From Gammaproteobacteria bacterium (GTDB lineage Bacteria > Pseudomonadota > Gammaproteobacteria > Pseudomonadales > Halieaceae): DNA of 64,000 nt. Positions within the stretch are counted from its first letter, which is position 1, and each line of letters begins with the position of its first letter. Below, piece after piece: positions 9,666 to 21,073 of the stretch. The notes beneath the pieces were generated by a model that was not told the DNA's origin, made no database searches, and saw nothing but the letters and a program-made list of their open reading frames with translations. Position numbers and translations under genes: made by a program. The stretch is from NCBI GenBank assembly GCA_030428835.1, contig JAUIEP010000006.1, forward strand, positions 3,193 through 67,192, given 5' to 3'.

Positions 9666-9693
9666 TCGTAGATTTATATGCATTTTTCTACGA
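9666..9693. promoter_or_regulatory. Inverted repeat TCGTAGA-N14-TCTACGA with AT-rich core upstream of fadD3; possible operator
   Basis: Read directly; lies 77-104 nt upstream of the fadD3 start. Function is inferred only. Confidence 0.3.
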
Positions 9694-9722
9694 TTTAACG
9701 ACCTACTTAAGCCATATTCTGC

Positions 9723-12700
9723 TCAAACTACCCCTATAATACAGGCCTTTATCCGCTCTTCCGGACTTTGCAGCACAGGGAACCGGGCAAAGTGAACCTG
9801 CAGTTTTTTGATCATCCCGTCCTTGTCCGCCAACAATTCTTTCCGGATATCTTTCAATAACAGCGGCTTGCTGCGCGCAACCGACAGCTTCTCAAACCAG
9901 ACAGGCCGTATCAGGTCCAGCCACTGCGCCGCCACGGCATCCCAATTCGGCTGCCGGTCGGGAGGCGGATTGCGCAACATTGACCGCAGCTCTCGAAGGT
10001 GCTCCACTTCCGCCTGCCTTCGATGGTCCGCTGCATAGTGCAGCAACTTCTCCACTATCAGCTCGAGTTCCTCCAACGCGCGCTGCTTCTTGCGCGACAA
10101 CAGGCGCCGTTCAACGAGGGCAAGACGTGACAATAGCTGCTGCAGTACGCTGGCACTCGCGTTATCCAGCGGCAGGCTCTCCACCTCGCCACTAAGGCAA
10201 TCACGTAGAAGAGCGGCCACCGCTGCCAGCTCGGTGACAGGCTCACCGTTCATGCCGGGGATGTATATCCAGCGCGGTGCCCCGAAGCTGCCTGCACTCA
10301 GGCAAAAAAACGCCCACGGCCGAGCCGCGCGCACCAGACTCACCCGAGAGAGCACCCGCTGTTGTACGCGCCGGTAGTGCTCATACACTTCAACAGGAAC
10401 CAACGCCGACTGTCCGTGCACCAACTCGCGCGCCGGACCGAATGCGTCATCGATGCCATCCCAGGTATCCGCTCCTTCATACTCCGCTATCAGTGACTTT
10501 ACCGAGGGCCGGTCAGCTCTGGATTTTTGCAGATGTTCGGGCAGCGGCATGTTGGAGCCGAGCAATTGCTCTACCGTGTCATAGCGCTCCACGAAGCGCT
10601 CATCGGATGACAATGCGAACTCCGCAGCATCGTCCGGCCACCATAACTCAATCTGCTTGTGGGGGCTGTCGAGCCGGTCCACGCGACCGGCACGCTGTTC
10701 GGCAATTCTCACCACACTGGGCATATCCAGATGCACCAGCGCGGAGGCCTGCTGCAAATTGACACCCTCCGCCAGACTGTCGGAGCACATGCCAACAAGT
10801 CCTTCTGCCTCAGACCCATGGGCGAAATCCTGCATGATCTCTGCCTTGCCCTTCTTATCCGACCCCGTCGCTACCACGACCCGTCCGTGTCCCTTGCGTG
10901 GTTGCGCCTTCAAATAGTGCAAGCTGATGGGTCGACTGTCGAATGCCAGCAAGGAGCGGTGTTTGTCAAGCAGCCGACTGAGCAGTTCGACCTTGGCCCG
11001 TTCGCGGGCATCGCTCATTTGCTCGACGAGTTCCGCAATACGTGCGTAGCGCGCGAGATCGTACTCACAAGCCTTCCGGTGCTCGTCCTCCCGCGCGAGC
11101 CACGCCGGCAGCTCGATGGCGAGCTTGTTGCGAGGCAGCTTACCCGCAATAACGCGCAACTTCTGTAGCTGGTTGCCCGACTCGGTCTGCTTGCTGAACC
11201 CGCCAATACCAAACTCTGCGCAGGCGGCTTCCGTGCCACGGATGTGCTCGATCACTGCCGCCCGCGACGAGCGCAAGCAGGACATAATGAGGTACTGCGC
11301 CAATTTTTGGGCTCCCCGCAGACGCCCCTCCAGGAACTGCTTTTCCGTATAGCCGCGACGACGCAGAGTGTCCGGCATTTCGATAGGACGGACGAAGTGG
11401 GTAACCGCGTAGAGTTCGCCCGCGAGAGACCGAATTTCGCGTGCCAATTCCCGGTCCTGTTCGGGCTCGCCCAGCGAGTAAATCTTTGCCAGATGGCGCG
11501 GAAACCGGCACTGGCGGCCGTCCTTGTCGCGATAAGCGTCGGGCTCCCGATCCACGAGGGCATTCAGGTCGCGCTTGGTACGCCGCACCGTGAACTTGCG
11601 AATCTCGCTGCGCAACTCCTGCGCGTCTTCATCAGACAGGCTGTGCTTGAGTTCACGCCCTCCCAGCATTTTCTCGAAAGCTGACACAATCTCGGGTGCC
11701 AGGTTGTCTGCCCCCAGCAGATTGGCGATGCGCACGAGGTCCGCCACGCCCTTGTTGATGGGCGTCGCAGTAAGCAGTACCACATGGTCCGCGATATTGC
11801 GCAGCAGATGCTGCGTGCGCGACGACTTGGCATTGAGAAAATTGTGCCCCTCGTCCACACAGAGAATCTGTGCGCGCTTGAGCGTGTCGACTACATGATC
11901 GTGGCGCCGCGAGGTAGACATACTGAGCACACCCTGCGACAGGGTCTCCATCGATACGCCTGCCAGATTGGACTCGCGCATCCAGTCCTCTTCCACCGCC
12001 GGCGGGCAGATCATCGCAGCCTTACCCCTGCGCATACGGCCATCCCTCAACACCTGATCCGTCAGGGCGCCGACCAGATAAGTGCCCATCCGGGTCTTAC
12101 CCGCGCCGGTTGCATCGGCGATCAGCACGCTGCCCTGATTGGACAGCACATACAACGCCTGCGCGATGCCCTGCTTCTGCGAGGGCCACAAGCTGCTCGC
12201 CTGACTGAGATAATCCTCCCGCAGATAGCGCTCTGCCCACTCCCCTTCAAGGAGTTCAGCGCAGGCCCGTGCGAGCGCCTCCGTCCAGTCCACGACCTGC
12301 AGCAGCTTCTCCAGCAACGCAATCAATGCGCTGTTGTAGTCTCGACCGAGCCGCCAGTAATTCTCAGCCACGGCCACGGTTTCAGCGTAGCGCGCTCGCT
12401 CCCTGGCCCGACTGAAGCGGGCGTTGGCTTCAAACTGGTACTGCATGCCCGGGTCGGTGAAATTGGAGGAGCCGAGTGTCGCCGCGTCATCGCCGATGTA
12501 AATCTTGGCGTGCAGCCGTGTGCCACCCGGCATGTAGCGGGCCTGCACCTGCCCTGACTTCAGTAATTCGACGCTGCGCACAATGTGCGCTGAATGCAAC
12601 AGCGAAATGCCGCGCTCCAACCAGTACTCCTCCGCCTCCTGCACGAGGTCCAGGGAACGGGCCCGCACGCGCAAGGCGCGCGAGGGGAAGGGCTCGTGTC

Positions 12701-12977
12701 CGAACAGCAGTCGCACCTGGGCATCCTGACGCTGTGCGCTCGCCTCGCAGATAAACGCCACGATTCTGTCTAGCGAGGCATAGCCGGTGACGATGAAGGG
12801 GTGTTTACTGCCGTACAGATCGGTCAGCTGCACCGTGCGCTGCACGGTCTGGCGGTGCGGAATGTTGAGCGGAAAGCGCTCGGCCGGAGGATAGTCCTGC
12901 CGCTCGGCGTCGCGGTCAGCGGCGCTGTCCTGATCGAACAGGTCCGTAAAGCGGGGCGGGTCGTGACCGCGCGACAC
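9723..12977 (-). CDS. Phospholipase D-like nuclease domain fused to an SF2 (SNF2-like) helicase
   Basis: HKD motif RLHAKIYIGDDAATLGSSNF; helicase motifs ADATGAGKT, VDEGH, LTATP, LAEGVNLQ, EQRAGRVDR; GTG start 3 nt after the mod stop. Confidence 0.85.
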   Translation of the reverse strand: MSRGHDPPRFTDLFDQDSAADRDAERQDYPPAERFPLNIPHRQTVQRTVQLTDLYGSKHPFIVTGYASLDRIVAFICEASAQRQDAQVRLLFGHEPFPSRALRVRARSLDLVQEAEEYWLERGISLLHSAHIVRSVELLKSGQVQARYMPGGTRLHAKIYIGDDAATLGSSNFTDPGMQYQFEANARFSRARERARYAETVAVAENYWRLGRDYNSALIALLEKLLQVVDWTEALARACAELLEGEWAERYLREDYLSQASSLWPSQKQGIAQALYVLSNQGSVLIADATGAGKTRMGTYLVGALTDQVLRDGRMRRGKAAMICPPAVEEDWMRESNLAGVSMETLSQGVLSMSTSRRHDHVVDTLKRAQILCVDEGHNFLNAKSSRTQHLLRNIADHVVLLTATPINKGVADLVRIANLLGADNLAPEIVSAFEKMLGGRELKHSLSDEDAQELRSEIRKFTVRRTKRDLNALVDREPDAYRDKDGRQCRFPRHLAKIYSLGEPEQDRELAREIRSLAGELYAVTHFVRPIEMPDTLRRRGYTEKQFLEGRLRGAQKLAQYLIMSCLRSSRAAVIEHIRGTEAACAEFGIGGFSKQTESGNQLQKLRVIAGKLPRNKLAIELPAWLAREDEHRKACEYDLARYARIAELVEQMSDARERAKVELLSRLLDKHRSLLAFDSRPISLHYLKAQPRKGHGRVVVATGSDKKGKAEIMQDFAHGSEAEGLVGMCSDSLAEGVNLQQASALVHLDMPSVVRIAEQRAGRVDRLDSPHKQIELWWPDDAAEFALSSDERFVERYDTVEQLLGSNMPLPEHLQKSRADRPSVKSLIAEYEGADTWDGIDDAFGPARELVHGQSALVPVEVYEHYRRVQQRVLSRVSLVRAARPWAFFCLSAGSFGAPRWIYIPGMNGEPVTELAAVAALLRDCLSGEVESLPLDNASASVLQQLLSRLALVERRLLSRKKQRALEELELIVEKLLHYAADHRRQAEVEHLRELRSMLRNPPPDRQPNWDAVAAQWLDLIRPVWFEKLSVARSKPLLLKDIRKELLADKDGMIKKLQVHFARFPVLQSPEERIKACIIGVV

Positions 12978-12980
12978 GGG

Positions 12981-15011
12981 TCACACCTGCTCGGTCACGA
13001 TCAACTCTTCACCCAGCATATCGATGATCTTGACCGCCACCGTGCTGCCCTGCGGCGGTGCCGGCAGCGCGTAATGACCCTCCACCAGGTCGACCTTCTT
13101 CTCCGGCAGGTCGGTGTGCGCCACATTGAACACCTCGCCGTCATAGGACGTATCGATCAATACGCAGTCCACTACAGCGCGCCAGTCGTCAATCTGGGCG
13201 CGGAACAGCCCCTGTTCCATGTTCAGGCGTTTCACGATGCTGGGCGAGTAGACATCGTTGATGTCCACCTCGACAGTATCGCCTTTGCGCCGCACCGTCA
13301 CCGCGGCGGTCAGCGGCTCGTGTTTGAGGAAACCGCCGTATTTCGCATCCGTGCGCAACTCAATCAGATGGAACCTGTTCAGCGGTCTGTTGCGATTGTA
13401 AGTTTCCAGCCAGCTGCGCGCCGTGAGTTCCATGCCCAGGGCCACCAGTTCCACGTCGCGCTCCTCCTCCGGGCGGCGCCCCAGTTCCTCCTTCACGCTT
13501 TCCAGATCGAGCGGTGTGAGGGGATGATTGAAGGGGATGACCTTGACGAGCCGCTTGCCGCGTGTGCCTTCAAAGAAGCTGTCGGTGCGTGTGCGCGTGA
13601 CGCCGATGAACTCGCAGGCGAGCTCCACGGCCTCGTTGTGCTGGATCTGCAGGTCGTAGTCGTTGACGCGCCACGTTGTGAAGCCGAGCTGGCATGGCAG
13701 CGCGGACGCATCTTCGGATTCCACCAGTTCGCCTTGCTTCTGCTCCGAGAGCCCTGTCTCCTGCTCGCGCATTATTTTCTGCAGGCGTTTCGCCGTTGTT
13801 TGGATGGCGCCCTTGTTGATGTCGGCGCCGATCCAGCGGCGGCCAAGTTTCTGCGCAACGGCTACGGTCGTACCAGAACCAACAAAACAGTCCAAAACCA
13901 AATCATTTGGTTGCGTACATGCTCGCACAATCCGTTCAAGCAAACTTTCAGGCTTCTCCGTGGGATACCTTACACCCCCCTTCATACGGCCTGTATCGGT
14001 CCAGATTGTCTGCAAGAGCTGCCCATTTCTTTCATCCAAGTAACTAACCCTGCAGCGCGCGGCACCCTTATCTGGATCACGTAAAAAAAACTCTCCACGC
14101 CGCACAGCTTCGTCCATCTCCTCAGGTGACTTGTATGGCCATACCCTTTTGTTTGACGGGACAGCACCTCTCCAGCGGAAACGTCTCTTGGGGTCACTGC
14201 CCTTATATGTGCAATCGTCGAGCTTGAAGCGGCGATAATCAGATGCCAAATCCTGATTCCACCGGATTACTTCGCCTCCTGGGGATTTTGCCAAACTATA
14301 TTCACGCAGCGCTGCAGGAGAAAGCTCAGTAGCAACATCAAAAGAGTTGTAATTGGGCTTGCCGTGAGGAGCGTACCAATACAAGGTGTCGTGTATCCAA
14401 CCCAGTCGCTGGACTGCGTCATTGTGCGGGTCAGTACGCTGCCAAACGACTTCATTTTGCAAACTTTCTGCGCCGAAAACTTCATCCAAGATACATCGCA
14501 GTAAATGATTCTTATGCCAATCGCAATGCAGCCACAACGAGCCTCCCTCCGAGAGAAGCATGCGCAGCATCAATAGTCTTTCGTAAACAAACTGAAGATA
14601 ATTGTCGTTTGACCAAATGTCTGAGTATTGAATTTGCTCACCTAACTCATACTCCTCTCCCTCTAATTTGTGAACTCCCGCAACCCCTCTTAGCTCTACC
14701 TTCCGCACATAATCCGCCCCCGAATCAAACGGCGGATCGAGATAGATCAGCTTCACCTTGCCGCGAAACCCGTTGGCGAGCAGGTACGCCAGAACGTCCT
14801 TGTTGTCGCCGTGAAACAACAGGCCGCCACGCTCGAACCGGTCCGGCCAGTCGCTCCAGTCCACGGCGGTATCGTTCACCTCACCGGCGCTGAAGGACTC
14901 CACATGCTGCGCCGGATAGGCGCGCACCCGCGTGAGGGGCTGCTTGCCGACCCACGTTAGCATCGGGCGACCCTTGGCTTTGCCCACCTTGACCTGTTGC
15001 TCTTTCGCCAT
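12981..15011 (-). CDS. mod: Type III restriction-modification DNA methyltransferase (Mod)
   Basis: Motif IV YLDPPF precedes a variable region and motif I DCFVGSGTT (beta-class order); YPTEKPESLL; C-terminal VKIIDMLGEE. Confidence 0.85.
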   Translation of the reverse strand: MAKEQQVKVGKAKGRPMLTWVGKQPLTRVRAYPAQHVESFSAGEVNDTAVDWSDWPDRFERGGLLFHGDNKDVLAYLLANGFRGKVKLIYLDPPFDSGADYVRKVELRGVAGVHKLEGEEYELGEQIQYSDIWSNDNYLQFVYERLLMLRMLLSEGGSLWLHCDWHKNHLLRCILDEVFGAESLQNEVVWQRTDPHNDAVQRLGWIHDTLYWYAPHGKPNYNSFDVATELSPAALREYSLAKSPGGEVIRWNQDLASDYRRFKLDDCTYKGSDPKRRFRWRGAVPSNKRVWPYKSPEEMDEAVRRGEFFLRDPDKGAARCRVSYLDERNGQLLQTIWTDTGRMKGGVRYPTEKPESLLERIVRACTQPNDLVLDCFVGSGTTVAVAQKLGRRWIGADINKGAIQTTAKRLQKIMREQETGLSEQKQGELVESEDASALPCQLGFTTWRVNDYDLQIQHNEAVELACEFIGVTRTRTDSFFEGTRGKRLVKVIPFNHPLTPLDLESVKEELGRRPEEERDVELVALGMELTARSWLETYNRNRPLNRFHLIELRTDAKYGGFLKHEPLTAAVTVRRKGDTVEVDINDVYSPSIVKRLNMEQGLFRAQIDDWRAVVDCVLIDTSYDGEVFNVAHTDLPEKKVDLVEGHYALPAPPQGSTVAVKIIDMLGEELIVTEQV

Positions 15012-15039
15012 TGCTATCGTTTCTTCCGTGTGTTGTGAC

Positions 15040-17748
15040 TCATTCGCCCGCTACGAAACGGCGGGTCTCGTCCAGGGCGTCCTGTGGCACCGTGCTGTCC
15101 GCGAACACCACGGTGTAAGTGAGGGTTTCCGGATTGAGTTCCTGCCAGCGCATCAGCGCCACCGCCTTGCGCCCCTCGGGCGTGATGGGCAGCTCGCCGC
15201 GCTCGTGCCGCGCGCGATCCTCGTTGAGCGCCGCACTCAGGTGGTCGTTCTTGACCTCCACGATCAGATACTTGCCATCCTTGCGCGCGATCACGAAATC
15301 CGGCGAGTAGCGGTGCCAGCGGCCGTCCTCGCCCTGGTACTCCGCGAAGAGCTCGGTCTTGCCCGGGTCGGTGAGGCCGCCGGTGAACCAGATGCCTTCT
15401 ATGGCCTCTGGCCGCTCCTGGATCATACCCAACACGCGCTCAAGATAGTCCGCCTCGGGCATCGAGTCGAAGTTATAGCCCTCATAGTGGAAGCTGCGCT
15501 CGCGCGCCAGGTCCGTGTTGGCCAGCTGGTCCGCCGTGCGGTACAGGTGGTGCCTGTCTTTCGCGAAGCTGATGCGCGCTGTGTAGACCGGCACGCCGCC
15601 GCGCAACCGGCGCGCAAAACCCTCGGGCTTGACCAGCGCGAGCGCCACATCCACCTCTTCGTGCCACGCCTCATAGTCACTGGTCTGCGCCTCGATCTGC
15701 GTGCCCAGTGCTTCCAGCTGGTATTCCGGAACACCGCGCTCCGGGCCGTAGGCGGCCGACAACGCGCGATGTACGAGCGCCGTCGGCAAGTGATAATTGG
15801 CGGCCAATTCCGTCGCGGCGCCGTAGAGGGAAAATTCGGTGTCGGCCAGTTGCAGGGCATCCTCACCGCCATCCACGCGCTGCATGCTCACCCGACCCTC
15901 GCGGTTCTCCACCATGGTCCAGGTGCTGACCAACGCCCTGGGTGCCTGCACTTCTGCGGGCTCGGAGAGTTCGAGGTGCTCCAAACCCGCCGCCTGTGCG
16001 CGGCGCCGAAAGCGCAGCAACGTCTTGCGCAGCACCAGCGGCGGCAGGTCGGGCTTGCGCAGCACCACCTCCTCCTCGATGCGCTCTGTAACGTCGCGGT
16101 TGAGCGCCTCAATTGTGGTGCCGTAGGTCTCTTCAAGCTGCTTCTGCAGCAGCGCGCGGTTGCCCTTGCTGACATATATCCGCGCGGGCGTGGTGTTGCC
16201 GGGCACCTGACGCAGGCAGCGCGTGGCCGCCTGCAGCACGAAGTTGTTGGACGTTTTAAGCTTGCGCACGAGGCCGCAGGCAAACAGCGACGGGCAGTTC
16301 CAGCCCTCCGTACCCATGTTGACCAGCAGTATCACGCGATAGGGGGAATCCGGGTCATTGGCCACCCGGTAGAACTCGCGGCGGGTTTCCTCCGGAGACT
16401 TGGAGTGCACGGCCAGCACCGTGGCGGCGTCCTGCCCGGCTTGCGCCAGCGCGCTGTCCACCGCCGGGCGCAACGCATCCATCGCGTCGGTTTGTGGGAA
16501 ATACAGCGCGAGTCTTGCAGGCGAGCCGTCGCGCAGGCGCACCTGCCAGTAGTCGCGCACAAAATCCGTTACGATTCGGCTGGTCAGCAGCCCCGAGTCG
16601 TCGTCATCGAGGTCAAAAACCTGGATGTTGTTCGCCACATCCTTCAACACGCCGTCCTTGATACCCTGCCCCAGGCTGTACCAGGCCACCACGTCGCGCA
16701 ACGGCTGGCGCTCGAAATAGGGTGTACCGGTGGTGTTAACCACCACCTTGAGACTGGTCTCGCGGGCAAGAAAATCCACCGTGCGCCGGACTTTCTTGAT
16801 CCCCTGCTCGACAAACTCCTGCTCGCCGGTGTCACGGTTGCGCTGCCATTTGCCGAGCAGTTTCTGGCCGTAGGTATGGTGAGCTTCATCGGAAAAAACG
16901 GCCAGGTCGGGCAGCGATGCGATAGTCGTGAGGCGCAGGTTGGCCTCCTCCTCGGCCTGCTCGTCCTTGCTGTCCAGATGCAGCGCGAGCTGCGCCTGGT
17001 TCGCTTTCTTGCCCGTAGGTTTCTGAATGCGGATTTTCTCGGTGTTGGTCACCACGATATTCCACTCACTGCCGCGCACCACGGGCAGTTCCTTCTCGCC
17101 ATCGCGCGTAAAGGTCAGCTTCAGCGTGGCTGCAAAGGGCGCGTACATGCGCGGCGGCAGTATCTGGTCATAGGGCACGTCCGCCAGCTCGCGCAGCGAT
17201 TCGATAATGGTCTTGCCAGGCGCGAAGATCAGGGCATTGCGGACGAAGGGAGCACCTTCTGCCGGGTACTCCTGCGCCATGGCGAACTCTGTCGCAGCAA
17301 TTGCGCCCATCAGAATGGTCTTACCGGCGCCCATGGCGAGTGCAAAGATGTAGCTGGGATACTGCAGCGCAAAAGTTTCGCGCAGGCTTTCCAGCTTGTG
17401 CTTGCGCACAAACTCATCGTCGGTTTGAACCTGTTTGATCAACGTGTCCAGGTCGTAGTCCGCAGCCTCGAATAGCTCAGCGGAAACGCCCATCGCCGCC
17501 AGACGCTCTTTGCGCGACTCAAACAGCTTGTCGTAGAGCGCGGGTACCGTTGGCGTACCGAGCTCAAGTCGGATATACCAGTAGGTCTCGAGCGCCTGAA
17601 ACTGCGCGCGTCGCAAAAAACGCAGACCACTGTCCTCCAGGCGCCCGTAATCCAACACCTCGCCGATGGCGGGAAAGTCCTCGGAGGGGTAACCGGCTTC
17701 CCGCCACTGGGAGACACGCTGGTCCAATGCCTGGTAAAGATGTGTCAT
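15040..17748 (-). CDS. res: Type III restriction endonuclease subunit (Res): DEAH helicase plus PD-(D/E)XK nuclease
   Basis: LAMGAGKT, SDEAHH, TTGTP, MGTEGWNCP, LQAATRCLR; C-terminal YSPDF...IVEVK. Start moved to ATG 17748. Confidence 0.85.
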   Translation of the reverse strand: MTHLYQALDQRVSQWREAGYPSEDFPAIGEVLDYGRLEDSGLRFLRRAQFQALETYWYIRLELGTPTVPALYDKLFESRKERLAAMGVSAELFEAADYDLDTLIKQVQTDDEFVRKHKLESLRETFALQYPSYIFALAMGAGKTILMGAIAATEFAMAQEYPAEGAPFVRNALIFAPGKTIIESLRELADVPYDQILPPRMYAPFAATLKLTFTRDGEKELPVVRGSEWNIVVTNTEKIRIQKPTGKKANQAQLALHLDSKDEQAEEEANLRLTTIASLPDLAVFSDEAHHTYGQKLLGKWQRNRDTGEQEFVEQGIKKVRRTVDFLARETSLKVVVNTTGTPYFERQPLRDVVAWYSLGQGIKDGVLKDVANNIQVFDLDDDDSGLLTSRIVTDFVRDYWQVRLRDGSPARLALYFPQTDAMDALRPAVDSALAQAGQDAATVLAVHSKSPEETRREFYRVANDPDSPYRVILLVNMGTEGWNCPSLFACGLVRKLKTSNNFVLQAATRCLRQVPGNTTPARIYVSKGNRALLQKQLEETYGTTIEALNRDVTERIEEEVVLRKPDLPPLVLRKTLLRFRRRAQAAGLEHLELSEPAEVQAPRALVSTWTMVENREGRVSMQRVDGGEDALQLADTEFSLYGAATELAANYHLPTALVHRALSAAYGPERGVPEYQLEALGTQIEAQTSDYEAWHEEVDVALALVKPEGFARRLRGGVPVYTARISFAKDRHHLYRTADQLANTDLARERSFHYEGYNFDSMPEADYLERVLGMIQERPEAIEGIWFTGGLTDPGKTELFAEYQGEDGRWHRYSPDFVIARKDGKYLIVEVKNDHLSAALNEDRARHERGELPITPEGRKAVALMRWQELNPETLTYTVVFADSTVPQDALDETRRFVAGE

Positions 17749-17839
17749 GCCACGTCCCGCGAGAAGACAAAGGAATGGTCGTTGCCACCCGCCAGGCATT
17801 GGCGAGCCGCAAGCTCGAATAAAAACAGTTTTTGCTTAT

Positions 17840-19084
17840 TCACGCCACCGCCAGTTCCGCGATCGGCACGGCAAACAGATTGTCACCGAACGGCAGCACG
17901 CTGTCGCCGTCGTACAGTACGATCCCGGCAGCAAATTGCCCCTGGCTGGCATCCTTCAGTCTGCGCAGCCCCTTGAAATCGCGCCGCGTCACCGTGGCGG
18001 ACGCTTTTACTTCAACGCCTGCAACCTTGCGACCTTGCTCGATCACAATGTCCACCTCCAGCTTGTCTTTGTCGCGATAGTGGTAGAAGCGGAAATCCTG
18101 CCCGGACCAATCCGCCTGTTTGCGCAATTCCTGGTAGATAAACGTCTCCAGCAATTGACCGAGCAATGCCTTGTCCTCCCACAATGCCGCGCTACCGACG
18201 CCCAGGAGCGCGCTCGCGAGTCCGGTGTCAGCCAAATGCAGCTTCGGGGTCTTTACGAGGCGACTCAGCCGATTGCGGTGCCAGGGCTGCAGCTGTTCCA
18301 GCAGGAACACCTGCTCAAGCAGCGTCAGATATTCACGAATGGTCGGGCGGCTGATGGCAAAGGGCGCCGCAAGATCCGACGCGTTGAACAAGCGCGCCGT
18401 CTGCCCGGCTGCCAACTCCAACAGACGCGGCAGGCTGTCGAGATGTCGTATGTTGGCGATGTCCTGAATATCGCGCTGGATCAGCGCCGTGCCGTAGTCA
18501 CGGTACCAGGCGGCCCGGCGCCGCTCGGATGCGCGCTCCAATGCGGTGGGGTAGCCTCCCGCGACGATCAGGGCTGCCAGGTCTAGGCCAAGCGGCTGGT
18601 GCTGCCGGAGGGCCAGCGACGTGCCCAGATCGGCGCTATCCAGGAGATGTGCCAGGAGCCGGGAACGCTTCCCCGCCACTTCACATCGGGCAAGTGGCCG
18701 CAGTCGCAGGAGCGCCATGCGCCCTGCCAGAGAGTCCGCGAGCCGTGGCAGCAACAACGCGTTGGCTGAGCCGGTCAGGATAAACCGGCCCGCCTCGCGG
18801 CTGGCATCGATCGCAGCTTTCAGACTGGTGAGAAGCTCGGGTACGCGCTGGATCTCATCGAGGATGACCTTGTGGGGCAATGCCCGGACAAAACCAACAG
18901 GGTCAGCCTGCGCAGACTGGCGCTGATTGTCGTCGTCGAAGCTGAGATAAGTATGGCCGAGCCTGCCCCCCACGTGCCGTGCCAGCGTCGTTTTGCCGCA
19001 CTGCCGTGCGCCGTGGATAAACAGCGCGGGGGAGTCCTCCAGTGCCTCGAGCATCGCGGCTTCTGCATAGCGTGGGTAACGCAT
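17840..19084 (-). CDS. AAA_14-type ATPase with C-terminal DUF4143 (PD-(D/E)XK-like) domain
   Basis: GARQCGKTT, ILDEIQ, LTGS, KTPKLH..DTGL, YHYRDKDKLEVDIV...GVEVK. Start moved to ATG 19084. Confidence 0.8.
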   Translation of the reverse strand: MRYPRYAEAAMLEALEDSPALFIHGARQCGKTTLARHVGGRLGHTYLSFDDDNQRQSAQADPVGFVRALPHKVILDEIQRVPELLTSLKAAIDASREAGRFILTGSANALLLPRLADSLAGRMALLRLRPLARCEVAGKRSRLLAHLLDSADLGTSLALRQHQPLGLDLAALIVAGGYPTALERASERRRAAWYRDYGTALIQRDIQDIANIRHLDSLPRLLELAAGQTARLFNASDLAAPFAISRPTIREYLTLLEQVFLLEQLQPWHRNRLSRLVKTPKLHLADTGLASALLGVGSAALWEDKALLGQLLETFIYQELRKQADWSGQDFRFYHYRDKDKLEVDIVIEQGRKVAGVEVKASATVTRRDFKGLRRLKDASQGQFAAGIVLYDGDSVLPFGDNLFAVPIAELAVA

Positions 19085-19287
19085 TGTCGCTGCCAGGTTG
19101 CCTATGCTTCCGACCAATCGTAAACAGGGTTACGTCTATTTGCAAATATATACTCGTCCAATCGAAAATATAGCGGCCACAACGATGTACCGCACCGGCA
19201 TGGAATACCGCCGGGCCGGGCCCGCAGCGGACCAGAGCGCGGCGGCGGCCTACAGACCCGTCGGCTCGGATCGCCGCAATCGCGCTA

Positions 19288-20916
<1,629 letters not shown>

Positions 20917-20978
20917 GGGTATCTCCTTATTATGTGCTTGCGTCTTGATGCAAATTCGCTGTACGAACTCGGGCCCCT

Positions 20979-21073
20979 GTAGGGTCGAATTTATTCGACG
21001 CGGGACGGTTCTTCATGCCGCACATTGTTGCTATTGACGGCCCCCGTTCCAGGTCGAATAAATTCGACCCTAC
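20979..21073. repeat. REP doublet (REPIN-like), 95 bp, arms GTAGGGTCGAATTTATTCGAC
   Basis: GTAG tetranucleotide plus GTCGAA/TTCGAC palindrome at both ends in inverted orientation; spacer homologous to the copy at 23161-23255. Confidence 0.8.

Noticed and set aside
9590-19287. Prophage or integrative element around the R-M genes
   Set aside because: No integrase, att-like direct repeats, tRNA target or phage genes were found.
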